64,000 bases of DNA, taken from assembly GCF_035594765.1 (NCBI RefSeq), contig NC_085844.1, forward strand, positions 54,699,923 to 54,763,922. Direction: 5' to 3'. A model generated the notes under the pieces. That model saw only the letters and a program-made list of their open reading frames with translations. It did not search any database and had not been told where the DNA came from. This DNA is from Anolis carolinensis (taxonomy: Eukaryota). Shown here in pieces: positions 14,301 to 24,909 of the stretch. Position numbers and translations under genes: made by a program. How positions within the stretch are numbered: position 1 is the first letter of the stretch; each line of letters opens with the position of its first letter.

Positions 14301-16034
14301 CTCAAAGCCAACCTTAAAAACTGTGGCATAGACACTGAGAACTGGGAAGCCCTGGCCCTTGAGCGCTCCAATTGGAGGTCAGCTGTAACCAGCAGTGCTG
14401 CGGAGTTCGAAGAGGCACGAACGGAGGGCTTAAGGGAGAAACGTGCCAAGAGGAAGGAGCGTCAAGCTAACCCCGACCAGGACCGCCTTCCACCTGGAAA
14501 CAGATGTCCTCACTGTGGGAGAATATGCGGGTCAAGAATCGGTCTCTTCAGCCACATGAGAACACACACTAGGCTTGTCCGATCGATGGAAAAAATGTTT
14601 CAATTTTTGTTTCAAAAGTAGGGGGTGCCAGCTCTTCGATGTAGAAATTATTTCTAAATGTTTCACCCAAAATTTTCGGATATTCCCAAAAATTCGTAAT
14701 GTTTCTAAAATGTTTCTAAAATGGCGGACGCGCATGCGCAATCGCGAAAAAACAGGAAACCGGGGGGGACCTTTCTGGGGGTCTCCCGCCCTCATTTCTT
14801 GAGCTATTTGCATCAAATTTGGTACAGTGGGAGAACACATTCCACACTCTTTTCTCAACAAATTTCAGAATGTTTCCTGTCTCCCATGATTTTTGGCGAA
14901 TTTTTATAACTTTTTATAATACACTATTTTTCAATATTTGAAGAAACCTGTTCCTGGTTTGAAAGTCTTATTTCCTGTTCAACTGGGTTCTTATCACTGT
15001 AAAAGTCCCTCTTCTACTTGTGTAGACTTTGGATTGGAAATGCAGCACACGCCAAGCAATGCCTTGACAGGATTGGCAACGTCCTTTGGAAACTATAAAT
15101 TGCTGTGGACCCTCTATTGAATCAAATCAATGTCTGACTTTGTGATTGCAGAAATAAAACTCAGCCCAAGGCTTGGGAATAGAAATGGAGCGTGAGGGAA
15201 GCAATGCCTTGGCGGGTGCCCCACGTCCTTTGGAAACTATTTCTTCCAATGTACCCTTTAGGTTTGAAAACAATGTGTGTCTTTGTGATTGCTGCAATAA
15301 CACTCAGCCCGGGGGCTTGGGATTACAAACGGAGCGGGAGGGAAGCAATGCACTTGCAGGAACGCAGACATCCTTTGGAAAAAAAAGTTCCCTAAAGCCA
15401 GCCACAGCAAGGACTCTGCCCCATGCCCCCAGCCAATTTCCCCCCAAAAAAACACAATATCGAACCAGCAACAACAGAAACACTCTACCCCCAGTTAGCC
15501 CTCTCTCCCCCAAACAAGCAAGCAGCAGCTTCCCAGCGCGCGCCAAACACCCTCTCTCCTCAGTATCGCAACCCAGAATGGCTTGGGTCGGCTGCAGTTG
15601 GGGATTTTCATAGAGATCCTCCACGTGGACACGGAGGATGCTAGCCCCCACCTTTGGCAGCCATCGTGGAAGACTCTGATTGGCCAGGGAGCGGACCATG
15701 TTAGGCTGCGCTAGGCTCCCATTCATGTTGGGTTGCAGAAACAAAAAATAAAAAATAAAAAATGATTTTAAAAAAATATTTTAAAAAAATTTTGGAAGGA
15801 AAAAAATTAACGAAAATTTTAAGAAACAATTAGAGAATGGGCCAATGATGGTTCGAATTACATTGCCAGTTGCGCCCAGGGAAAACGTTTCAATACTTGT
15901 TTCAAAAAACGAGAACAATCCGAAATAATTACGAAACGAGAAACATAACGAATATTTGGACAACCCTAACACACACCCAAGATACCAAGGATGGAAGACT
16001 ATCGTCCTCGAACTACGAGGGATCGCCTAAGTAG
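11393..16034 (+). pseudogene. Disrupted RTE ORF: APE endonuclease, reverse transcriptase, C-terminal C2H2 finger
   Basis: MNFGTWNVRTL, LQET, GDFNARVG, FIDLAKAFD, GVKQG, QYADD, CPHCGRIC...HMRTH. Frameshift at about 12045, TAA at 12805-12807, frameshift at about 13170, hAT insertion at 14570-15968; the frame resumes to TAG at 16032-16034. Confidence 0.95.
14570..15968. mobile_element. Non-autonomous hAT element (1399 bp) inserted in the RTE 3' end
   Basis: TIRs taggcttgtcc / ggacaacccta; 8-bp TSD acacacac at 14562-14569 and 15969-15976; RTE sequence is continuous once it is removed. Confidence 0.9.
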
Positions 16035-16299
16035 TAAGTAAGTAAGTAAGCTGGATACGCTGCTTTCAAAGCTACTGCCAGAGGCTTCCAAATTCTGTTC
16101 ATGATTTCCCAGGTAGTTCTAGAAAAGACTATTGTCTAACATCCAGAACTGCTGGCCACTAGCCCTCCAATGAAAAGGTAGGACATATTTCACTTCCGTT
16201 TTCTCCCAGAGAACTGTGTGCTTCCATGCAGCAGAAAAGAACTTGCTGCAGAAAAAGATTGCAGATCAAAATTGATAGGGACTTAGTCAGGAGTCATCT

Positions 16300-17870
16300 A
16301 GCTAATCTAATAAGTTCAAATCTGCAGGGCCAGACAAATTATATCTCAGAGTACTGAAGGAACTTGCTGATATACTCTCCATACCACTTGCCATCATTTT
16401 GCAGTAATCTTTGTGAATAGGTGATGTGCCAGAGGACTGGAGAAAGGCAATCATTATCTCTCTGTTGAAAACACACACACAAAAAACGCTCCAGGAAAGT
16501 ACAGACATGACCTCAATATCAGAAAAAGTGTTTGAATGTATTATGTAGGGACCTATCTGCTAGAAGCTTGATGACAATACAGTGATCAGTAGAAGCCAGC
16601 ATGTGTTTGCCAAAATCAAATACTGCCAAATAAATCTTATGTCTTTTTTAGTTTGGTCACTAATTTAGTAGATGCTAGGAACACTATGAGTGTCCTATAT
16701 CTAGATTTCAGCAAAGCATTCGATGTAATTCCCCCATAACATTTTGATTAACAAATTGAATAACTGTGGAATATGTTGTTCAGCAAAAGGACCTGGAGTT
16801 ATTGTTGATCAGAAATTTAACATTGAGATACTGCAGCAAAGAAGGTGAATGCTATTTTAACTGCGCCAATATAAACATCTGTTCTGATCTTCATTCAATG
16901 AAGATCAGAGCAGATATCTTCAACACTACAGTTTTACCGGCAATGTTATATGCATCTAAAACATGGGCAACAACAAAATTAGAGGAGGAAAAGCTGGTGG
17001 AAACTCAGAGAATAAGAGATAAAGTCAGCAGTAAAGAGCTGCATCAAAGAACCGGGGTACATGACATAGTCAAGATGTGTAGGGCATATAGCATGAACAA
17101 AAGACAACCGATGGACATGTTGACTAACAAACTGGATATCAAGAGACACAAGCGACCCTTGGGCAGACCTCATATTTGATGGGATGAACCAATGGATAAG
17201 CTATTTGGCCAGAAATGGAAAAGAAAAGCACAGGATCTATATTTTGGCAAATGGTAAATTTGAGTGAAGCCCAAAGGAGTGGACCACTGACAAATTGGAT
17301 AGGAATAAAGGCATAGTTTGCAGTTCAAAGAAAGTAATAGTCCCACAATATCTGCACTGACAAGCAACCTTGTCACATGGCCCTTTTGTAAATAAATAAA
17401 GACTGGGGCTTTCCTCCCTCTGGTGGAGGACAAAACACCTTTAGGTGCTTCACCTCCACTTTGGGAGGAAAGTGGGTGGGGCCTGCCATGTGTCGTGTGA
17501 TAGCACATGGCAGGCCCCATCCAAGCTGCAAAATAAAGCAGCAAAATGGGGCATTTTTTTCCCCCATGTGAAGATGTCCAAGGTCTCATTTGAAGTACTG
17601 TGTTCAATTCTAAGTGCTTCATTTTAGGAAGGACATAGACAGGTTGCAGCAAGTTCAGAGAAGGCCAACAAGGATTCTAAAATGTATGGAGAACTTGGAA
17701 AGGTTAAAGAAGCTGGCTGTGTTCAGTTTGATGAAGAAAAGACTGCAAGGTGATATGTTTACTCTCTTTAATACCTCAAGGAATGTCAAAGAGAGGAGGA
17801 GACAAGTCTGTTTTCTACTGCTTCAGAGGGTAGGATCAGGCCTAATAGTTTTAAGTTTCCAAAGGGTAAC
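16300..17870 (+). mobile_element. Degraded CR1 LINE fragments (about 16300-16870 and 17570-17870)
   Basis: KSAGPDKLYLRVLKELA, VPEDWRKA, YLDFSKAFD, LQQVQRRPTRI motifs with stops and deletions. Confidence 0.8.
16880..17260 (+). mobile_element. Degraded RTE-clade fragment, distinct from the other RTEs in the window
   Basis: RADIFNTTVLPAMLYASKTWATTK; VGHIA*TKDNRWT; KRPLGRP. Confidence 0.75.
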
Positions 17871-19399
17871 TGAGTTCTGAATGCAGAAGTAGTGTGCACG
17901 CGATTAACTCAGTAGAGGTTAGAAGGGGCAAAATCTTACCCTTCCCAGAAGGCTCATCCAAAAGCAAACTGCTGCAACCCCTCTTAGCTTCTTTGTTCAT
18001 CCTCATTAATAACCTGTTGTCATCTTGACCACAGTCTGATATTTGGCCACACATGTCCCTATTTCCATCTGTAAAATGTTGAAAGGTATGCCATGATTGC
18101 ACCCACTCCAGGATTTGTAATTTAATGAGGCACTAGAGTTTTCTGGTTGAGAGTTGTAAATAACACTCAATAAATTGTAAATTGTAGGATTCCAATAGAT
18201 GGAAATATGGCAGTTAAAGCAGAATCATAGAGCTTATAACTGTGCAGTGTAAAAATGCCCATACAATTTCACAAGTCTAGAGTAGCAATTGTACATTTTT
18301 CTGGAAGTAAGCTGTAAAGTGGCATTATTCTCAATAAACACACAGAGAATTGTGTTATAAAAACATCATAATGATAGAAAGAATAAGCCCATACAAGGTC
18401 ATATTTGCAGGCATCAGCAACATTTATCTTATCCATTTGAGAAGTAATTGATATAGAAAGAAGAAAACAATCCATGGCCTGAATAATTCATATATAGTTG
18501 TGGCGGTGGTGGGTATATAACATGCTATACTATGACATAAGAGACATGTAACTATATATTTTCCCACAAAAATCCCGAGAGGTTGAAAATAAAACCAGCA
18601 GATGATCCTAGTTGTATGTATAAATTGGATGTTTGTTTTGAACTGGTTACATGCTCTGACGTGTTTAGAAAAATGTTTTAGAAAAAATAAACTTCTTTCC
18701 CTTTTTACCTGTTCATTAATACTAAAGGTAAAAATCAGAATATTGACAGCAAACATGAACTACCAGACAAAAAACTTTCCTACAACAAAGACAAACTACA
18801 AGGAATTAAACTCTCAAAATGTATTGCTATCCAAGCAACACAAATGTCTTATCTAAAAGAATTTGTTGAATCGTATGTGTTTTTATATTGCAAAGGCTCT
18901 GTTTTGGGCTGATCTGTGATGTAATTGAAAGATGGAGAATAAGTTCTGTCCTCAGCAGGATGAAGTATTGCCAGGAGTATCAGGGCCAACAGACTGCCAT
19001 ATCTATAAATTGTTGAGAAGTGAAAGATAAAAATGGCTTGAAAATCCTCTGCCATATTTCTCTCTGCCCGGAGTGAAAAAGATTAAGGGATAACAGGACA
19101 ACAGTTTCCCGGGGCTGTTATAGCCATGAGAGAAAACAACAGAGAGAAGGGCAAGGGCACGAGAAACAGGATTGGAACTGCTGTACTGTTGTGATTTAGT
19201 TTGGATTACAAGAAAAATAAAACTTTGTTAACTTTAAATTACAGAAAGGCTCCAGTACTATGGAATGGAACTTTGACCTTCCCTCCTTGGTAGAAATTCT
19301 ATATACACTCATCTGAGAGCAATACCTATGGGACATAATGATTGTTTTTCTGCATGAACATGATTGGATTTCTTTCAGGGCTCCAATCCAGTTCTAGGT

Positions 19400-19566
19400 G
19401 TAAGTGGTCCATTGGACTAAGACTCCAGGAAACCAAGGTTCAAATCTTCATTCAGCCATCTTATTGTCAGAGGAAGGCAATGGCAAATCTCATTTGAATA
19501 AATCCTGCCCCACAATAGGCTCACTATAAATTGAAACTGACTTGAAGGCACATAACAGCAACAAAT
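19400..19566 (+). mobile_element. Degraded tRNA-head SINE with an RTE/BovB-type tail
   Basis: B-box-like ggttcaaatc, gaggaaggcaatggcaaa core, gacttgaaggcacataacagcaacaa tail. Confidence 0.55.
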
Positions 19567-19894
19567 CTCAATGCCAGGAGACTCACTGACATAAAGGGGT
19601 TGATGCACTAGTTGATTTACTACCAGCAATCAATTCAGTGAGTCTAACACTTGTGGGGACTAACAATTGAATTCTGGCTAAGAATAATTATGGTTCGCAT
19701 CCTGTTTTTAGTCCCAACTGTTTTTACTAACAGCTAACACAAAGTTGACTTGACAGCAGTTAACAAGAAATAAAAATCAGACTACATCCCACAATTCTCA
19801 AGTCTGGCTGCCTCCGTTTACTGAACACATTTCAATATCCCTAGACTGAGATTGCAGACTTGAGGATTGTGGGACGTAGTCTGATTTTTACCTG

Positions 19895-20500
19895 TTATTT
19901 GCTGTCGACTTCGACTTATGGTGACCTCATAAACTAAAGACCTCCAAGCCCCCCTATGCTCAACAACTCAGTTGTGCTCAGTTTTTCAGACTCAGGACTC
20001 TGGCATTTTTGATTGTGAGTCTGGTTTCTGTATTTTGTTGTATGTATTTTATGTTAATGTTTTGGCTGTGTTGTACCCCACCTTGAGCCATTAAAATAAA
20101 TGTTGTTATTGTTAATAATAATATCATCACCATCATCATCTGGATTGCTGTCTCCCTCTTCTTCTGATGCATTGCTGTCTTTTTAGTGAGTCATTTCTTA
20201 TGATATGGCAAAGTACCTCGATTTGTTCTAAGATCCATTTATTTGTCTTTTTAGTAGCCCAGGGTATCCGTAGAACTCCTCTCGAACTCATTTCAAATGA
20301 GTGGATTTTCTTCCTATCAGCTTTCTTTATTGTCCTGCTTTCACAGCCATGCATAGAAATAATAAATGTGATGCCATGACCCATCCTAAAATTAGTATTC
20401 AATGGTCTATCCTTACACTTCAGTACTGTGTCTCGTTCCTTCATAGCTGCCCTTCTATTTTCCTAGTCTTTTTCTAGTATTTTGACTGCAGTCTCTTAAT
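19895..20500 (-). mobile_element. BovB-like RTE 3' fragments
   Basis: Minus-strand translation HGCESRTIKKADRKKIHSFEM...LRIPWATKKTNKWILEQI. Confidence 0.75.
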
Positions 20501-20904
20501 GACTTGAACTTATTTCAGCTGACTGAGTTTTTTTTTAACAAAAACACCAAAATCCATCACACAGAAACAAGTTAAGATGAAATCTAATTGATAGTCCCCC
20601 TGGATGGATGACTTTTGCATAAAGTCTTATTTTACTGATTCTCAGTACTTCAGGAGACTCTCCTCTCATGGCACAAACCATAAAATGTAGGCCATGCTTT
20701 TCTGCCCTATCTTCCTCCCCTTACTGGCATGCAAGCAAAAATCTTGGCAGACTTGAGCTCACCTTTGCTAAGACATTTCACAAAGGATGTTCACACCAAA
20801 ACAAACAGAGGGATGTAGCAAAAGCTGCCGTTGTGTGCCCTCAAGTCACTTCTCACTTCTTGGCAAGGTCTCTTCAGAGAGTGTTTGCCTTGGCCCTTCT
20901 CTGA

Positions 20905-21065
20905 GGCTGTATCTACATTGTAAAATGAATACAGTTTGACACCACGTTCACTGCCATGGCTCAATGCTTTGGAATTCTGGGACTTAAAGTTTGATGAGGC
21001 ACCCTCACAATTTGGCAGAGAATACAAAACACCTTGCTTACGGGCATCCAATGAGTTTTTGTAGC
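20905..21065. mobile_element. Partial palindromic MITE of the same family as 44672-44890
   Basis: gtatctacattgtaaaatgaatacagtttgacaccacgttcactgccatggctca. Confidence 0.55.
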
Positions 21066-21156
21066 TTGAGCCAGGATTCGAAGCCAGGCATGGGCAAATT
21101 TGGCCCTACAGGTGTTTTGGACTCCAATTCCCACAATTCCTAACATCCAATTGGCA

Positions 21157-22755
21157 GGGTTGTTGTGAGTTTTCCAGGCTTGTATGGCCATGTTCCAGAA
21201 ACATTCTCTCTTGAAATTTCACCAACATCTATGGCAGGCATCCTCAGAGGTTGTGAGGTATATTGGAAACTAGGCAAGGGCAGTTTATAATTATATATCT
21301 GTGGAAGGTCTAGGGTGGGAAAAAAAACTCTTATCTGTTTGAGGTGTGAATGTTGCAATTAGTCACCTTGATTAGTACTGCAAAGCCTTGCAGCTTCAAG
21401 GCCTGGCTGATTACTGCCTGGAGGAATGTTTTGTTAGGTGGTATTAACTGCCCTAATTGTTTCATGTCTGGAATTCCCCTGTTTTCAAAGTGTTGTTCTT
21501 TATTTGCTGTCCTGATTTTAGAGTTTTGTAATACTGATAGCCAGATTTTGTTCATTTTTTTAGTTTCCTCCTTTCTGTTGAAATTGTCCACATGCTAGTG
21601 GATTTCAATGGCTTCTCTGTATCGTCTGACATAGTGGTTGTTAGAGTGGTCCAGCATTTCTGTGCTCTCTAATAATATGCTGTGTCCAGTTTGGTTCATC
21701 AAGTGCTCTGCTATAGCTGACTTCTCTGGTTGGATTAGTTTGGAGTGCCTTTCATGTTCCTTGATTCGTGTTTGGGCAATACTGCATTTGGTAGTCCCTA
21801 TGTAGACTTGTCCACAGCTTCATGGTATATGATAGACTCCTGCAGAGCAGAGAGGATCCCTCTTGTCCTTTGCTGAACGTAGCATTTGTTGGATTTTCTT
21901 AGTGGGTCTTAGATAGTTTGTAGGGTGTGTTTCTTCATCAGCTTCCCTATGCAGTTAATGGTTCCCTTGATATATGGTAAGATCATTTTTCCTCAGGGTG
22001 GTTCTTTGTCTTGACTCTCATGGCTTGTTCTTGGCCTTACAGTTCTTCTGATGTCTGTGGTGGAGTCTCCATTGGCCTGTAGAACCCAATTTAGGTGGTT
22101 CAGTTCCCCTTGGAGGAGGTGGGGTTCGCAGATTCTTTTTACACGGTCTGACAGTGCTTTGATTGAGTGTGTTTTTTGACTTGGGTGATGGTTGGAGTTT
22201 TCATGTAGGTATATCTGTGTGTGTAGGTTTTCTGTAAACTGTGTGGCCCAATTGCTGATTGGGTTTGCAGGTGACTAGGACATCTAGAAATGGCCATTTT
22301 ACTTCATTTTCTTTTTCCATGGTGAATTGGCTTTGGGAGCAGGATGTTGAGAAGTAGTATTGTGAAATACGTTTACTTGTAATTGTACAATTGACCTTGG
22401 ATTGGTCTTAGACCTTGCTTCTTGGATGATGTGTCTTAACATTGGATTGTATTTTTAACTATGTTTTTATGTATGCTTAATTTTTAATTTAATGTATTTC
22501 GGGTTTTTATGCTTTAGGCACTATGTAGTGCCATTTGTAAGCTGCCTTGAGTCTCCGCAGAGGTAGAGAAAGGCAGGCTATAAATATTGTAAATAAATAA
22601 AATAAATAATAATATTTGGGTGGATGCTGTTGAGGTGGTCCAGGAACTTCTTTTCCATGGCTCCAAAGGGTAAAGGTGTCATCCATATAACTGAACCATA
22701 TAGTGGGCTTTTTGCTGCTTTTTCTAGGGCTTGTTTTTCATAGTGTTCCATGTAT
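21157..22755 (-). mobile_element. Penelope-like element (RT C-terminus, GIY-YIG endonuclease, 3' end), degraded
   Basis: Minus strand: WFSYMDDTFTLWS (RT); AGVYHIP*SCGQVYIGTTK...RIKEHERH...KSAIAEH...REAIEI (GIY-YIG). Confidence 0.9.
22332..22612 (+). mobile_element. L2-type LINE 3' end nested in the Penelope
   Basis: tgtaagctgccttgagtctccgcagaggtagagaaaggcaggctataaat followed by a (TAAA)n tail. Confidence 0.6.
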
Positions 22756-22833
22756 CTGCAGTTAGGAATTGTGGGTGCTGAAGTTCAAAACACCTGGAGG
22801 GCCAAAGTTTGCCCATGCCTGATCTAGACACTA

Positions 22834-23507
22834 AAGGTAAAGGTAAAGATTTCCCCTGATGTTAAGTCCAGTCGTGTCCAACTCTGGGGGTTGGTGCTCA
22901 TCTCCATTTCTAAGCCGAAGAGCCGGCGTTGTCCGTAGACACCTTCAAGGTCATGTGGCCGGCATGACTGCATGGAAAGTCGTTACCTTCCCGCCGGAGT
23001 GGTACCTATTGATCTACTCACATTTGCATGTTTTTGAACTGCTAGGTTGGCAGGAGCTGGAGCTAATGTCAGAATGGCTTTGCTAGGCACACGCAGCAGA
23101 AGTCATTGACTAGGAAGCTCTGGATAAATGACGACACTGCAGTCTTCAGTTTTCTATCAAAAGTTTACTTACGAACGGAAATCCACAAGACAATACACAG
23201 CTCTCACGCAGGCACACACGGGAAGGGGCAGAGATAGGAAGTAGAGGCTATTTATCTCACCCTCTGCTGTCTGATGCAATCCAACTTTAACCCTTTACAC
23301 ACTGGCATAGTAGGCAGCACACAGTGTATGATGCAATCTTCAGCACACATTGCACCACCATGACTCAATTACATTTAAACAACTCTATATACAATCATTC
23401 CCACTTCAACAGCTAACAGCGGGCTCTCACGCTGCTCCCAGGGTTTGAAACTGGGACCTTTCGGTCTCCAGCTCAGTGCTTTAACACACTTCGCCACCGG
23501 GGTTCCT
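22834..23507 (-). mobile_element. Near-full-length Sauria SINE interrupted by a solo LTR
   Basis: 12-bp TSD atctagacacta at 22822-22833 and 23508-23519. Confidence 0.92.
23067..23411 (-). mobile_element. Solo LTR (345 bp)
   Basis: TGT...ACA termini; 5-bp TSD gctaa at 23062-23066 and 23412-23416; TATA-like gataaatag and polyA-like agtaaa on the minus strand. Confidence 0.8.
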
Positions 23508-23519
23508 ATCTAGACACTA

Positions 23520-23680
23520 GGCTCTTGTTAATGCAGGCCAAAATCCCATTGGCTTTTTTTTTTTTTTTTTTTTTGCCGTTGCGTCACTTTGTAGGCTCAT
23601 GTTTAACTTGTTGTCCAGGAGGACTCCAAGATCTTTTTCAAAGGCATCCTCCCCCATTCTGTATCTTCATGGGGCTTGAC
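23520..23680 (-). mobile_element. CR1 fragment (left arm of an inverted duplication)
   Basis: Reverse complement of about 24910-25060. Confidence 0.85.
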
Positions 23681-23849
23681 TTTCAGACCTCTTTGCCCCT
23701 TTTTGCAATGTACCAATATCCTTCTTGAAGGCACCACATTCCCATGGCAGTCTCCCCTGGTGTCAAACTTAATTCATTTTACAGTAGATGCCCACAAAGC
23801 CCGAGGCTGAAACCAAGGCACACTTCTATCCTGTCCAGAAGCCCTGAAA

Positions 23850-24450
23850 GGGGCACTACTAGCCCTTTCTCTTCCTGGCCCGTTTCTGCTCCAGGTGGGC
23901 GCTCCCTCCCTCCCTCCGGACTGGGAGGCGTGGTGGCGGAGGAGGAGGAGGAGGGAGAGGGAGAGAGAAAGCCACTCGCCCGGCTGGCTCCGTCCCGCCT
24001 TGTCCTGCCCAGCCCACCTTGGAGAGTCCCAGGCAGAGCGAGTTCGTGGGAGCAATCAGCCGGCTCTTTGCCTCCGGAGGCGAGCGCCAAGGAAGGCGTC
24101 AGGAAGAAAGACGGGGAAGCAGTCTCTCCCGGCGCGGTAGATCAGTTCCTCCGCCAGGTACGTTGCCCTTCTCTCTCTCCCCAATAGTCGCTGTTCTTGT
24201 CCCATCTCCCGTGTATGTCAACCCCTGCGCCATTCCCTGCGGCGTGGCTTTTCTCAGCAGCTCCTTGTTGGACGATCTCCCCCTTTGCACCTTTCTCCAC
24301 TGTATCAGCCAAAGCCTTCCTCCCCTCTTGGCAAGCGCTCTGCCTCCCGGCCCTTCACCTTGCCTTGGCTTGTGTTTGAGGGTGCTTTCTTCCCTCCCCG
24401 GCCTCCTGCCTTTGGCCCTTGCTTGGAGTTCAGCAAGGATTGTCACGTTT
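23850..24450 (+). promoter_or_regulatory. CHST9: GC/CpG-rich putative promoter and non-coding exon 1 of CHST9 (donor after 24157)
   Basis: The main non-TE CpG-rich island in the window, GA-rich tract, strong donor CAG|GTACGT at 24157/24158, upstream of and co-oriented with the CHST9 coding exon. The link to CHST9 is inferred. Confidence 0.6.
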
Positions 24451-24555
24451 TTCCCTCTCTCTTGAATTTGTCAAAGGAAAGTTGCGGCAGCAGCGCTTTC
24501 TCAAACTTTGTAGGGTCCGCCTGGGAATGTGGTGGCCTCAAGAAAGATATTGGTA

Positions 24556-24866
24556 CAGTAGAGTCTCACTTATCCAACATAAACGGGCAGGCGGAATGTT
24601 GGATAAGCGAATATGTTGGATAATAAGGAGGGATTAAGGAAAAGCCTATTAAACATCAAATTAGGTTATGATTTTACAAATTAAGCAACAAAACATCATG
24701 TTATACAACAAATTTGACAGAAAAAGTAGTTCAATACGCAGTAATGCTATGTAGTAATAATTACTGTATTTACGAATTTAGCACCAAAATATCACGATGT
24801 ATTGAAAACTTTGACTACAAAAATGCGATGGATAATCCAGAATGTTGGATAAGTGAGACTCTACTG
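24556..24866. mobile_element. Tc1/mariner (pogo-like) MITE
   Basis: TIR cagtagagtctcacttatccaaca at both ends; TA TSD; the empty site is visible in the duplicated arm at about 23711. Confidence 0.93.
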
Positions 24867-24909
24867 TACACTGCAAAAAGGGGCAAAGAGGTCTGAAAGT
24901 CAAGCCTGA

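Larger units (their letters stand above)
10727..16048 (+). mobile_element. Full-length RTE-clade non-LTR retrotransposon (RTE-1_AC-like)
   Basis: 13-bp TSD agctggatacgct at 10714-10726 and 16049-16061; (TAAG)n tail; about 670-bp 5' UTR; APE + RT + C2H2 ORF. Confidence 0.95.
21085..22821. mobile_element. hAT fold-back MITE halves (21085-21145 and 22760-22821) separated by a Penelope insertion
   Basis: TIRs caggcatgggcaaa / tttgcccatgcctg, as in the copies at 25068-25159 and 63299-63414; flanking 8-mers do not match. Confidence 0.8.

Noticed and set aside
13185-14621. 478-aa RT ORF as an active or domesticated gene
   Set aside because: It is one frame of a frameshifted, stop-containing RTE, and its C-terminus reads into the hAT insertion
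23744-24623. Cluster of 80-150-aa ORFs
   Set aside because: Expected in GC-rich promoter DNA; no homology recognised, and the CHST9 signal anchor starts in the 50993 exon
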